From Eledone cirrhosa (Eukaryota): DNA of 64,000 nt. The stretch lies in the NCBI GenBank assembly GCA_964016885.1, contig OZ024743.1:296608001-296672000 (forward strand), written 5' to 3'. The notes beneath the pieces are model-generated. The model was not told where the DNA came from and searched no databases. It worked only from the letters and a program-made list of their open reading frames with translations. Shown piece by piece: positions 38,090-51,017 of this stretch (positions are counted from its first letter, which is position 1; the number at the start of each line of letters is the position of its first letter). The position numbers and the translations under genes are program-made.

Positions 38090-41000
38090 CTCTAGACATT
38101 AATACCTCCCATACACACGTATTTTGTGTGTTTGTATGTGTATACATATATCTGGGTAATATATTTATTCCAACAATGCAAACATAGTTACAATTTGACA
38201 TTAAGCATCTCGTTATTAAAGTCAATTCTATAAACACATACAAGGATCCAATGCGCTTGTTTGTTATTACTTCACATTTCAAATTGAAAAAACTAAAACC
38301 CTAACACACCTTAACCTTAACAATTGCTGGGTAATAATAAAGAATTACCGGATCCATCGTGGCTATACCCAACAACTTTCGTTGGCGGAACGTATAAGTG
38401 AGGAATGAATCCCTCTGTGATTAGAACCCTAGTTTATCAAAGTTAACTTCCCCCAAGAAAAGCTTGTCACCTAGTTTCCTCAACTTTGTGGACTGGGTTA
38501 ATATAAAATGAAATCTCCTGTCTAGAAATAATCAAATATTTGCAGGAGCGTTGAGTTCAAGGCCCATGAATTAACAATAAAACTTAAAACAAGTGTTTTA
38601 AGTCCATTTCCCTGTTTAAGCATGAGTTAGCATTGCTGGTCTCTTAACAAGCTTCTACATTTTGCCCTATCAGCTGTATCTCCCTTCATTAACCTTCTAG
38701 CTTTCATTTCCTCCTTCGTTATCCTTAGCCAAGAACTGTGAACTGACAGTCCAATATCTTATCGGATCATTTTATGATAATGATTAAAGTTTCCAATTAT
38801 CAGAAATAAATTTAGTGGTTGAAAGTGTTATCAACATATGTGAATGTCTGTTCTATCACTATCTCCAGTTTGATGTTGATAGAAGAGAAAAAGCTAACAG
38901 GAATCGTAAAAGTTACTCTTACTTCTAATGAATAACTCTGCCTATGATTTTCAAATAATTTAGAAAATAATTAAGGATTTAGTAATATGACTAACTTTTT
39001 CATTATTAAGCTGGTGTTTAGAATATAGCATAAAAGTTCTTGCATAAAATTATGATGGACGATTTTTATTTAAATATTGATACTTTTAAACAGTTTTGTA
39101 TTGTAAAACTATGGGCAGTTTTGTATCAAAAGGGCTAAAATATTAGTTTCACCCTGGCTGCAATCAATTATAAAACTAATGAAGTTTAGGTTTCAGGGTC
39201 CTTAATCTCAGTGATACCTGAAGCAACTTTTTTTTATTTTAATGAGTTCCCCATTGTTGCTAGCTGTGAAGAGTTTCCCTTTACAGCTTAAGCTTCAGGT
39301 CCACACAAATGTAGGCCCACCAGTGGCTCAGTAAAATTGCTTACAAGTCCTAGGTAATTAGTATTATCAAAATGTTATTTAATGTTAATTAACCTGCTAC
39401 TCTTCAGTCTTCCTAAAATAATTGTAATATGCTATATTTCTCTGTATTGTTCATTCATATATAAGACATTAAACGTTTGTGCTGTTTTCACCCCCACCCC
39501 CTTTCCACACCTTGAAATGGTTCTAGATTTATGTCAACAAGACAGATACACAAACAATTTCAAAACTTGCTATCTGTGATAATCCTCTACTAATCATAAT
39601 TTTTCAATGTTTATCTTGTTTATACATTTAACCTGTCTGGTGTTGCTTGTAGTATTAACTAACATATTTATCTAGTTTAGGGAACTTGAAGCATAGTTAC
39701 ATCACTATATGAGGGAACCACATAATCCAGTTGGCACTGTTTACCTTGAATTTGTTTTTATGCAAAAACTGTTTCACTTATGTTACTGACATTTTTATAA
39801 TTGTTTGACAAAAATTGTTAATCTCTGTGAATTTCAATTTACTTGGGATAATGCTGGTATCAATAAGATGTACCTCATAATTGCTGAAAGTGGTTGATTT
39901 TAGAAAGGGCATCCAGCTGTAAAAACAATGCGAAAAGGGTCAAAAGGGCTTTTCAACCACATTAAGGACATGACAATCTATCTGGGTGCTGGTTCCTTGA
40001 TAGAATGCACCCAGTAGTCACTGTAAAATAATTGGTGTTGGGAAGGGCATCCAGCTGTATAAATTATATCAAAAGGGTGGTGTGAGCTCTTCAACCACAT
40101 CAAGGACATAACAATCTCTCTAGCACTGGTGCCACGATAAAATATATTCAGAACACTCTAAAACATGGTTGGTGTTAGGGTGTCCAGCTATAGAAACCAT
40201 GTCTCTTACTGTGATGGCCCATTCAGACTTTGTCAGCATGGAAAGATGAAAAATGATGATGATAATGATGAATTTCATTAGTAAAACAAAATAAACTTGG
40301 TACGAGTAAATAACAGGAACATAGCAACCTCAGTAAATCAATAGTAAAAACTGAATTTATGTGGGCCCCATTACTAATCTACTGATTATAGTGACTATCC
40401 TTTTCACACTGAAAAATATTTAGTTTCCAAAACTATTCCATTTTGACCCAAGTGATCTGAACAAGTATTAAAACTTAAAATCAACTATCTTGTTATAGGT
40501 CATACCTGTCAACCTCCTATGAGGTTGCATCTCATGGGAAGGGTTTTTAATGTTTTAATGATAAGGGCCCCAGTTTTATCTTGTCACTATTTTTCTGGTA
40601 ACAGGAGGTGGGATTTGAACTCAGAATAAAAAAAGCTAGAACAGATATCACAAAACATCCTGTTGGACAGTCTAACAAATCTACTATTCAGGACTGGTAC
40701 TTTATTTATTAACACCAAATGGTTGAGAGATAAAGTTGACATCCGTCTGTTTTGTTTGAAATCAGTGTGCAGAAAACCAGAACAACTACCACAAAGCATT
40801 TAATCTGATGCTCTTCTAACTCTGTCAATATCGATGTTTTATAACATCAGTTTCTATAAGATGACGAAAAAAATCATCATCATATTTATCCAAATTTAAG
40901 TCTGATTATAACTGCATCAATTTATGCTATTTGAGATCTCTTTACATAAGATACTTCATAACAAGGTGGTGTCATTCGTAAGGCCCTTCTTTAAATATTT

Positions 41001-41377
41001 GTAGAGGTTACTTTCAGTAGATCACAAATTTTTACAAAAAATAAGCTCTGTAACTAAATCAAATTTGCAGTGAAGCAGAAAATGCTGTGCTCTTCTAATG
41101 CATTGTACAATTACAAAGACTTTCATTTCAATATTTGGATATATTTTTTCAGCTGTACTTAATGTTTTTGACAAATATACTACAAGATGACCTTATTGTG
41201 AAAGTATATTTGATATAGCTTTTACACTTTCATCAATTGTGATGGTAATTTCTTTTGTGACCCCCTTAAATCTGGACTACTGGCTTTGCTATTAATATTG
41301 TTTTTAAATACTCAAATACCTTTGTTGTTTGACACCATGTTTATGAAGTGATGCATGCGGTGATATGTGGATATATA

Positions 41378-41592
41378 ATGATTTCTACTATAGGCACAAG
41401 GCCAGCAATTTTGGAGGATGGGAAAGTCGATTAAATCGACCCCAGTGCATTACTGGTGCTTTATTTTATCGACCCCACAAGGTTGACAGGCAAAGCTAAC
41501 CCCAACGGGATTTGAACTCAGATCATAAAGGGGTGTAACTCTATGCTGAGCAGCATGTTGTCCGATGTTCTAACGATACTGCCAATCCACTA
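41378..41592 (-). mobile_element. SINE family A
   Basis: Full reverse-complement consensus. Confidence 0.85.
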
Positions 41593-42459
41593 ATATGAGG
41601 TTATATAATGATCACTATATCTCCCACAGAAATTGACAAGAAAACGTTCTAATAGTATCTTGTCCTTTGGTATTTTTAATAAATAATGATCAAGTGATAT
41701 ACCCTCCTTTGTTAGGCCATATCCCACAAAAGATAATTCATCAATCTCTTGACACACACTTAGCTCAATTAATCACCAATGCTAGTAATTCCAATCTTTG
41801 AAGGACTTTTCAGTGATGTTAAGGACATGACAGCCTCCCCAGTGCTAACACCACAATAAAATGTAAAGTGGTAGTACACTCTGTAAAGTGGTGAACATTA
41901 GGTAAGGTATCCAGCCATAGAGACCATGCCAAAAAAGGGTATTTATTTTTTTAATTCAATCATCTAAAATTTAGAAATTATTTTAAGCTGTTGCATGAAT
42001 CCATGCATTCACCTTTTTGATACCAAACTGCCTGAAATTGCCTCTTGTTCTTTGATATAAATAGGTTTATTCTAAAGTGTTTATCATCATCACTGTTTTG
42101 TATCCATTTACCTGGCTAGCAGAGAATGAACAGGTCATCACATTATGAGAATAGATATGTTAGATGACCACATCTTTCTCATGTGTCCCATTATGGCATA
42201 GTTTCTATGGCTGGATGCCCTTCTTAATATCAGCCACTTTGCAGTATATACTGGGTGCCTTTCGTCATGATACCAGTACTAGCACTTTATCGTATGCCCT
42301 GGGTGCACATTACCATGAGATCAACACTACCACTTTACAGTGTGAATTTGGTGTGGTTTGTGGTGCACTAGGGAGGTTGTCAGTCTTAACTCGACTGAAG
42401 AGCCCTTTCAGTAACTTTCTTTACCTGATCCATCAACTTAATGCCCCTGTAGTTACCTC

Positions 42460-42850
42460 TCTTTAGTCAGAAGCAACCATCTCCAATTGATCTGGTTGGA
42501 TCCCCAAGTGAGACCAGCCATGAATGTTATCTAACTATCTTGCTCTGGGTCTACCCTTGGGTCTCCTGTTGGTTGGTATTGTCTGTAAAAACCAACCCTT
42601 ACCCTTGTAACAGTTTACGATGATACTACTGCATTTGGTATGATACCATCCCATACTATTTCATTGATTATGCATCTGACTAGTTTATATCTTACAATGC
42701 CGAATGTTTTTAGCATATTGACAACCTTCAAATCTTTAATCACTTTGTCTATCTTATTGCTATCAACTTTTATGGTAGTTCCCTCAGTTATGTTTGTTTG
42801 GAGCAGGCTCCCATTTTCCCAATTATTCTCTTTGTTCAACAACAATTTCT
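42460..42850 (-). pseudogene. RTE LINE fragments
   Basis: 42460-42600 resembles 26270-26410. ORF 42615-42845 (EGTTIKVD...VIKDLK...INEIVWDGIIP) resembles the pre-RT region of 60857-62518. Confidence 0.6.
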
Positions 42851-43089
42851 CAGAATGGTTTTCCAGTCAGAGCAAGTACTCCACTTGTTAACATTTATCT
42901 AAAAACCCTCTATCATCATAATTTTATTTAAGAACCCGTAAGTTATATTTCAAACTTAATGAAAAGGTTATATTATAAAATCCTACCAAATTCTTGATGA
43001 AATCATATGGCAGCATCTTTCATTAAACACATGGTAATGAAAAGGTTAAGTTTTGGATCACACAGTGCTCAGATGATTGCTTGGCATTA

Positions 43090-43270
43090 ATTGGCAATAT
43101 CAGTAGAGAGTTGGACACCATGCTTTGAAGCATAGAGTTACGTCCTTTTATGATCTGAGTTCAAATCCCGCCGAGGTTAACTTTGCCTTTCATCTTTACG
43201 GGGTCGATAAAATAAAGTACCAGTAATGTACTGGGTAATTGCTGGCCTTGTGCCAAAAATAGAAACAATT
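43090..43270 (+). mobile_element. SINE family A
   Basis: Consensus match. Confidence 0.85.
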
Positions 43271-43982
43271 AATTAATCTCATTTGAATCATATCTTCTGC
43301 ACTCTCTCTTGTAGTATTAATGTTATTGTATTCAGAAGAAAAAAAAATCAAGAGAATCAGTGAGATTTTGATGTTATTATAAGAATCTTGCCTTTTCATC
43401 CATTATTAATTTGTTTTAGAAACAAACTGAAATTATCACAGATCTTGTACTGCAAAGCTTCATTGTTTCAAGTTACAGGGATTTCACCATTACTGAAATG
43501 TTTCATATAGCTGTCATACCTGCTTTAGATAAAGGCCAATCTGTTGTCTTTTTAGCATTGATATCCAGATCATGTTTCATTCTTGTAACAGCAAAACATT
43601 GCAGCCAAGCCTCTATCGTATCTGGTTGTTATGTGTGGATATTTGTTGTTATTAACCTGTAATGTCATTGTGATGTGGCACACAGCTTATCCAAATACAG
43701 CCATAGTAGCATAGTCGTTCAGAAGTTTTATTTAACTACCAGGTCAAGCTGTTACATCGAACTAGTTGTAATCATCTCACACCCATGGAAGTCATAGTGC
43801 TTCAATGAATGTTTGCCAAACCCAGCAATCGTATGCCATCTCTCTTAACTGTTTTGATAGCAAACCATCTGAAACTTACTGGTTTTATAATACAAAACTT
43901 TTTTTTTCTTTTGTATGAGAACTTCAGAAAGCAAGTACAATGTAGTAGAAATATATACATATATATATTTATGTATATATGG

Positions 43983-44125
43983 AGGCACATGGCTTAGTGG
44001 TTAGAGCATTAGCCTTGCAATCGAAAGGTTGTGAGTTCAATTCTCAGACCGGGTGATGTGTTGTTTCCTTGAGCAAGACACTTTATTTCACATTGCTCCA
44101 GTTTACTCAGCTGTAGAAATGAGAT
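43983..44125 (+). mobile_element. tRNA-derived SINE family B
   Basis: A box TGGCTTAGTGG, B box GAGTTCAATTC and core CCTTGAGCAAGACACTT. Relatives at 54620-54742 (-) and 62698-62960 (+). Confidence 0.75.
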
Positions 44126-44497
44126 GATAGGACTGGAGTCCTATCAATCCACTGCAAAGTGGTGGTGGAGGTGCCACGGAAAAAAAGCACCCAGCACTCA
44201 CTGTAAATGAGGTTGGTGTTAGGAAGGGCATCCAGCTGTAGAAATCAAGCCAGAATCAGTTCCCGTCCCACCCTTGCAAGCAGAGAAAAGCGGACGTAAA
44301 GTCATGATGATGATATATGGTGGTACCGGCGCAAAGAATGACAAATAAAACAAAACAAAATAAGGCTTTTTTACTCAGTACATTTCTTCATGTTATCTCA
44401 AATGTTAATCGAAAATGATGCATTGTTCTTTAACTGGTCAGAGTGTGTGGATTGTTCATTCGTGAAGCAGTCATAGAAGCCACTCTGCTCTGTGTAG

Positions 44498-44752
44498 CTA
44501 TATTCTGTTGTTTATTTGTGGCCTCTGTGTGTTAATAATTAAAGCTTCTTTAATCCTTAGATTCCCCACATTCCTTTCTGCCACTTCTATGGTGAGGGCA
44601 ATGTCTTGGTTGCAGCATTTGTCAAGATATTTTTTAACAAACGAAGCTCTCATTGTCATGTGTAATGTCTGGTCAGTATTCCAATGAATGAGGAGCCACA
44701 TCATCTACATGTGACCCGGTAGACTACATAAATTCTCATGCACACTTCTGCA
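44498..44752 (-). pseudogene. GIY-YIG endonuclease remnant of a Penelope-like element
   Basis: C-terminal NLRIKEALIINTQRPQINNR motif. A degenerate C..C...YV-like start lies upstream. Confidence 0.6.
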
Positions 44753-45599
44753 AGTTTTGTTTTTATGTTTATATATATATACATCTAAGATCTTTATGCT
44801 GGTGTTTGAAATCAAACTTAACAAAATTTTCTTGCATAGAATTATGATGGAAGGTTCAAATCTAAGTATGAATATTTTAATACAAACAGTTTTTTATTAT
44901 AAAATCATGGGCAGTTTCAGGGGGTTTGGTTTTCAAAGGGTTAAACATTGCTTTTATAGCAAATATTTCATGCATATTTTTGTGGCATATGACATTTTAT
45001 ATACATGACATACTTATTTATAAAACACCTGCAAATAACTAAAATGGAAATTGATTAATATATATGCTAAAGTCCTTGTTCTTTGTTACCTGGGGGTTGT
45101 AGTGTTTGAAAAGGTGATGCTAACTTCTAAAAGAACAACAAATTTGGAAAATCTTTATACAATATTATCACATAGTTCACCATCATCAATTTTACGTCTG
45201 CTTTTCCCTGCTGGTAAGGATTGGATGAGATACTTTAAAGCAGAATTTTACTGCCACATGCCCTTCCTGACACCAGCATTTATTATTTTTGTTTACACAG
45301 AAAGTAAAGAAATATCCCCTGCAATCATAAATACAAAGAGGAGAGAGAAACTAATATGCAGAGACATATGTACACATAATATACACCTTTTTTTTCTAGA
45401 AAAAAAATCTTTTTCTGTTCCTTCCTCTTCTCACTCTCTATCTTTCTAGTTCATCTTTTATTTCTCATTCTATGTTCTGATGAAGGTCTGAAACGTTAAG
45501 ACTCTTTTCCTACTATATCACTCGTTAAACTAATATATTTCTTCATTGTACTGTGTCATTTGCTTTGTTATTTTTGTTTACTTTTTGCATTCATATATA

Positions 45600-45830
45600 T
45601 ATAATTATGGGTGGATTCCCGATGGGTGTCAGGAAATGACTGCAGTTAAAAATTATACTCAATATGTTGGTAGACTATAGGCATTGTTATTTTATATAGA
45701 AATGACTTCTACAGGACTAGAATTGTTTCATTCATATGAAATCATACGGAAAGTCCAGGACTTTCTTGGTGATTTCATATGAATGAAACAGTTCTAGTCC
45801 TGTAGAAGTCATTGCTATATGAAATAAAGA
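45600..45830. mobile_element. family H2 fold-back with two decayed hammerheads
   Basis: Palindrome centred at about 45757, arms about 45688-45756 and 45758-45827. Confidence 0.7.
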
Positions 45831-46343
45831 GATATATATATTATACACACACACACATTTGCAGTTATATAAGACACTTGACCTCATGGTAGAGAAGCAA
45901 ACTTCTTAACCACACAGCCATGTCTGCATCTCAAAGATTCTACTATAAGATTTCTCATGTTATTCGTTGTTACAATAATTAATATTGATAATAGAGTAGT
46001 CAAAGTATTAGCTTCAAGGGTGGTAAACCTGAATCCTAGGAACGTATATGATTACACCCACTTGAGTTTATTTACTTGCAATTAGATCAGCTTAGTATTA
46101 TGTCACAAAGCCTATCAAATTAGTTGACTTAGGTTTAAGTTACTTACATTTCCATGTTTGAACAGTGTCATGTGAAAAAATTTATAAAATTGCCACAGGA
46201 TTTATTAAGTTGTAGCAAACTTATGACAGAACTCAGTAGTAAAAATAGAAATTGGATTTTGTATTAGCTATCAAATTTTCGGGTGTATAAGACAAACTTT
46301 TTTTACCCCCAAATTTGGTGGTGACATCTACTTGCTTACTATA

Positions 46344-46541
46344 CAAGGGTCGGCGGAAAAGTTCATAGGCTGACGAAGATACTCTCATGGAATGACCAAA
46401 TGGGGTTTATTCTTCAACATAGTCGCTGGAAAGAAACAATGCAGTTATTAACAAGAAGAGTTGAGATTAATACATGCAAGATTTCACAGCTCTAACATCA
46501 CTTCTTCATAGTCAGCCTATGAACTTTTCAGCCCACTCTCA
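46344..46541 (+). mobile_element. mariner-like MITE
   Basis: TA-CAAGGG...AAAAGTTCATAGGCTGAC ... GTCAGCCTATGAACTTTTC. Confidence 0.72.
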
Positions 46542-47889
46542 AACAATAAAGGTATGAATATAATAATAATAAAACATGTATACTATACACAAGCCATGTA
46601 TAAATATAGGTGTATATTTAAATAACTATGCATAGTTTAGTTTATTTTAATACCTAATTAATATCAATATTGATATTTTTCTCCTAAAATCCATAAATAT
46701 TTGCAATACTTCCCAATTCATAAAAAAAAAACCCGATCAATCAAATATAGGTCCAACAGTGAGTGAAAGCCTTTGTAAATATACAGCAATCACTGTTCAG
46801 TATAATGCAAAATAACTTTTGATCTCTCATGTCTAGTACAATATTCTTTTTTAATACTTATGTTGAATTGTCGTTCAATATAAATCTTTTATATATTTCT
46901 ATTATTTTTTTTTTTCATCAAAATAAGGGTATGAAAAATACAGTAGATCAGATTTTGATATGTGTTTAGTTTAACTAGATCTATTTTTTATCTGATCCAG
47001 CTAGGATTATTCTTGGGGGATAATACTCAAAATTTTTCTTAGGTCAGTATTAATATTCTATAAGGTGAAGTGGATGCATTGAAACAAATTATAAATGCTC
47101 AGTTTTGCACTTCATATTTCAGTGTTCCAGTCTCTCTGTGACTAATGATAAAGTAAGCTGTATTATCAACAAGGGCGGTGGATTGACAGTATCGGTAGAG
47201 TGTCGGACAACATACTTTATGGCATAGAGTTACGCCCCTTTATGATCTGAGTTCAAATCCTGCGAAGGTTAGCTTTGCCTTTCATCCTTGCATAATCGAT
47301 AAAATAAAACACCAGTAATGCACTGGGATAAATATAATCAACTTTCTCCTCTCCCAAATTGCTGGCCTTGTGCCTATAATAGAAATCATTATTTTACATC
47401 TGCTTTTCCATTCTGACAGGTTAGACGGGTTATTATAAACTAAGATAATACTTAATCAGAGTTTCTGTCTTCTGAACAGTGTCAATGGATCATAACTCAT
47501 TCAATACATTCCTTTTGGGGCATGGTTTCTATAGCTGAATGTCCTTTCTAAAGCCAACACTTTTACAGAGTGTACTGAATGCATTTTATTATGTCATCAA
47601 TACTAGAAAGGTTGCCATGCCCTTCATGTGACAGAACAGTCCTCTCTACCATTTTTGGTATCAGTTAGTAGTATCTACGACATAGCATATTTCTGTGTCT
47701 GTCATCTGAAAGGCCTAACCTTCTCGGACCCAGACTTATTATTTCTTCCCATGCTTTCTTGTGGTTGACATCTACTACAGTTAGATACTATTTACTATAA
47801 ACTCTAAGTACATATCAGCCATTTACATATCTTCTCAGCAGCTGTAAATCTACAGAAATCCTTGTTGTGTTACATTATCTTACAACCCC

Positions 47890-48074
47890 GAGCGGTGGAT
47901 TGGCAGTATCAGTAGAGGGTCGGACGCCATGCTTTCCAGCATAGTTACGTCCCTTTACGATCTGAGTTCAAATCCCGCCGAGGTTGACTTTACCTTTCAT
48001 CCTTACGGAGTTGATAAAATAAAGTACCAGTAATGCACTGGGTAATTGATGGCCTTGTGCCTAAAGTAGAAACA
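47890..48074 (+). mobile_element. SINE family A with 16-bp TSD, nested in a decayed RTE (about 47680-48800, minus)
   Basis: TSD ATTATCTTACAACCCC at 47874-47889 and 48075-48090. The flanking RTE shows DVHQGLVLRPFLF. Confidence 0.85.
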
Positions 48075-49672
48075 ATTATCTTACAACCCCTACATATCTC
48101 ATACGTTCTACTCTTTGTTGTCAACAAGCTAACAGTTCCTTTCTTTCATCCTTTTCTGATCATGGTTACTATGAAGTCCCCCCCAATAATTACATATCAG
48201 AACACTTTCATTACCAACACATCTATCTGTGTAGTCAGGACTTTTATTTCAAGATTGCTTAATACTCTGTACATTTGGTGCATCTAAAGCTCTAAGTAAT
48301 TGATACTATCTCAAAGATCCCGCTTTTTTAAATCTTCTATATCCATTGTTTGTATTGAGTACTGTGTACTAAGGGCAAACAAAATACTTCTTCATAATTT
48401 CACTCTTCTTATATTCTAAACAAAGCTGAGTTTTGGATCTTATTGCTAATGAATAGTACTTTTGTCTTTATTATGTTGACCTTCCAGCCTTTTGCCTCTA
48501 GGCTACTTTATTACATCTCAAACTTTTTCTTGAGCTCTCTGATAGATTCTGTGATGAGATCCAAGTCATCTTCATATAAAAGTTTCCAGAGACAACCAGT
48601 TCTGAACTCCTGCTTATTTGCTTCAAGAGTATAATGAAGAGAAAGGGTCTAAGGACAAGGCCCTGGTGAACATCCATCTGCATGGTAAATTACTCATTGA
48701 ATTCACTTTTGATCATCTTGGTCATTGCACTTTCTTTATGACTTGAACTATGTTCTCAAGCCATTCCTCCACACACAGCTTTCTTAGTGACACCAAATTA
48801 CAGTTTGACAACCTAATACACATCTAAGGGTAATAGATACATTGTAAAGTTATGTTCTTATTTAATGCCGTGAAACAATGGAGTTGATGTAAAGTGGAGA
48901 AGTCTCTTTTGCAATGTAGGAGCAAGCCAACCTTTCTGTTGTTGACATCACTTTGAAATATACCCAGTAGACTCTGTAAAGTGTTTGGTGATTCAACTGG
49001 GACAGTGTAGGGTAGAGAAAGCTCTTAGTCTTGTTGAGGACATAACAACTTTTCTAACGTTGGTGCTATTATAAAATGCACTCTGTATACACTGTTAGGT
49101 AGTTGGTATTAAAAGGGTTTCCAGCTGTAGGAACAATGCCGTAAATTGGAACATATGTGTGAGACATAGTCTCCCAACCCATCTAGAAGGGCTGTAACTC
49201 TGAATAAGAACTGATTCAGACTTTATCAACCTATCCAACCCATGCCAGCATAGAAAGTGGATGTAAAATGATAATGATGATAATTAAAATATTTTACATA
49301 TTCATGACCCCTTATTTTTGAGATAGGGATTTTAGAGATACTTGCTAACTTATGTTCTCAATGATATCTGCTGTAACATTCTGCTTCTGATATCCCCATA
49401 CCAAATAAACTGACTATATGCAGAAGTTAGCCATAGCTCTTGGATACCTTAATGCATTACAATGATGATTCTATTAATTCAGGCTTTCCAAAAATGGGTC
49501 CCAAGGATTTTTGAGCTTGGTCATACAACCTCACTACATGGGTTGTAAGACTGTGTCTCACTCTTTTAATAAAATATAATAAGCATTATATACACACACA
49601 CACATATATATAACCATGGGTTAGATGGAATTGAATAATCAAAACCGTAGTGGTATGTCGCATATCAAATCA

Positions 49673-49739
49673 TATATTTTGTCTGATGAAAACGTACTTA
49701 AACACCACAGTGCCTTTGAAATACGTATAATAAAGTATA
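49673..49739 (+). ncRNA. type I hammerhead ribozyme, family H6
   Basis: TATATTTTGT-CTGATGA-AAA.GTACT(...)AGTGC.TTT-GAAA-TACGTA-TA-ATAAAGTATA. 10-bp stem I with two G-U pairs, palindromic stem III. Lies 50 bp upstream of (TA)n. Confidence 0.72.
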
Positions 49740-49783
49740 TATTTTTATGAGAATATTTTTCATTTGTTTACATTTTGAATAAT

Positions 49784-49838
<55 letters not shown>

Positions 49839-50329
49839 GGTAGACCCAGAAAAACCTGGGACGATTTGATAAATTCCGACCTTACACACTTGCACCTCTC
49901 TAAGACAATGTCACTGGACTGAGATCTTTGACGCCACACAGTAATACAGAAGACCCGCCTTGCCTATGTACAAAGCGAAACCTACAGTCAGTAGGCACTT
50001 CTTAACCAAATATACACCCATACTCCACCCTCCCACGGTAAAAAGCTCCCAGTTCACACTGTAAATGTGGTTAGTGTTAGGAAGGGCATCCAGCCGTAGA
50101 AAATCTACCAGACAGTCCTATACGAGCGAGACACGGTCACCCGACTAATCTTGCCTCAAGTGGGACAATTCCCATCTAACCCATGCTAATGTGGAAGATA
50201 GACATTAAACGATGATGATGATGATATAGTTTGGGGTTAACTGAACAGGGATTATGGTCTGTCAGTTGTGAAGCAGATAAAAAGAAGCGCACAACAACCT
50301 GTACAAATGGTGCAAGCTGGAACATTATA

Positions 50330-50622
50330 TATCAATCAGTTGGTTCAGGTTTATTTAAGATCTGTTATACATATTTCACTGAGGACTATCAGTTATGATA
50401 GCCTGAGCTCTTCAGATGGCAAAACCTATAAAAACAATGAAAGTTCTTCAAAGAAACCTTTAAGTTTGGAAAAATCCAATAACTTCTTTGAGAAAGATTT
50501 TCTTTTAGAAACTTTCATTGTTTTTATAGGTTTTGCTGCCTGAAGAGCTTAGGCTATCACAACTGATAGCCATCAGCGAAATCTGTATAACAAATTTTAA
50601 ATAAAACTGAATTAACTGAATA
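50330..50622. mobile_element. fold-back element H7 with inverted hammerhead motifs (50362-50419 minus; 50536-50593 plus)
   Basis: Arms about 50330-50444 and 50510-50622. Motif CTGAAGA-GCT..GCTATCA(caac)TGATAGC..AGC-GAAA-TCTGTA-TA; stem I is imperfect. Confidence 0.68.
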
Positions 50623-50967
50623 TGGCCTCAGATCTTTTCATGATATCATCATCATCATCACCGTTTTACATCCGTTCTTCTGGGTTAGACGGGTTGTCCT
50701 GTTGTGGGCAGTGTCCGGTCGGCTGAACTTGTCTTGCTCACACTGGAACTGATATATATATATATAAATGTAATCTGAGTTTTTCGAATATTAATAATAT
50801 TTGATTCCTTTGCAATTATGCAAACAATCCTCATTTTTTTGTTTTTTATATATATATATACACACACATACATTTACATACATAATAGGGGATCGGGAAT
50901 TAACCACAATTAAAGAAGTTATTCAATACAATGGTAGAGCATAATAATCTTTATTTTATATTGGAAT

Positions 50968-51017
50968 GACCTCTACAGGACTAGAACTGTTTCATTCATA
51001 TGAAATCATCAGAAATG
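50968..51017 (-). ncRNA. family H2 hammerhead, core intact
   Basis: Minus strand TTT-CTGATGA-TTTC(atat)GAAT-GAAA-CAG(ttctagtc)CTG-TA-GAG. Confidence 0.68.

Noticed and set aside
43983-44055. Possible tRNA gene
   Set aside because: A and B boxes are present, but the sequence runs into a SINE core and lacks a proper acceptor stem.
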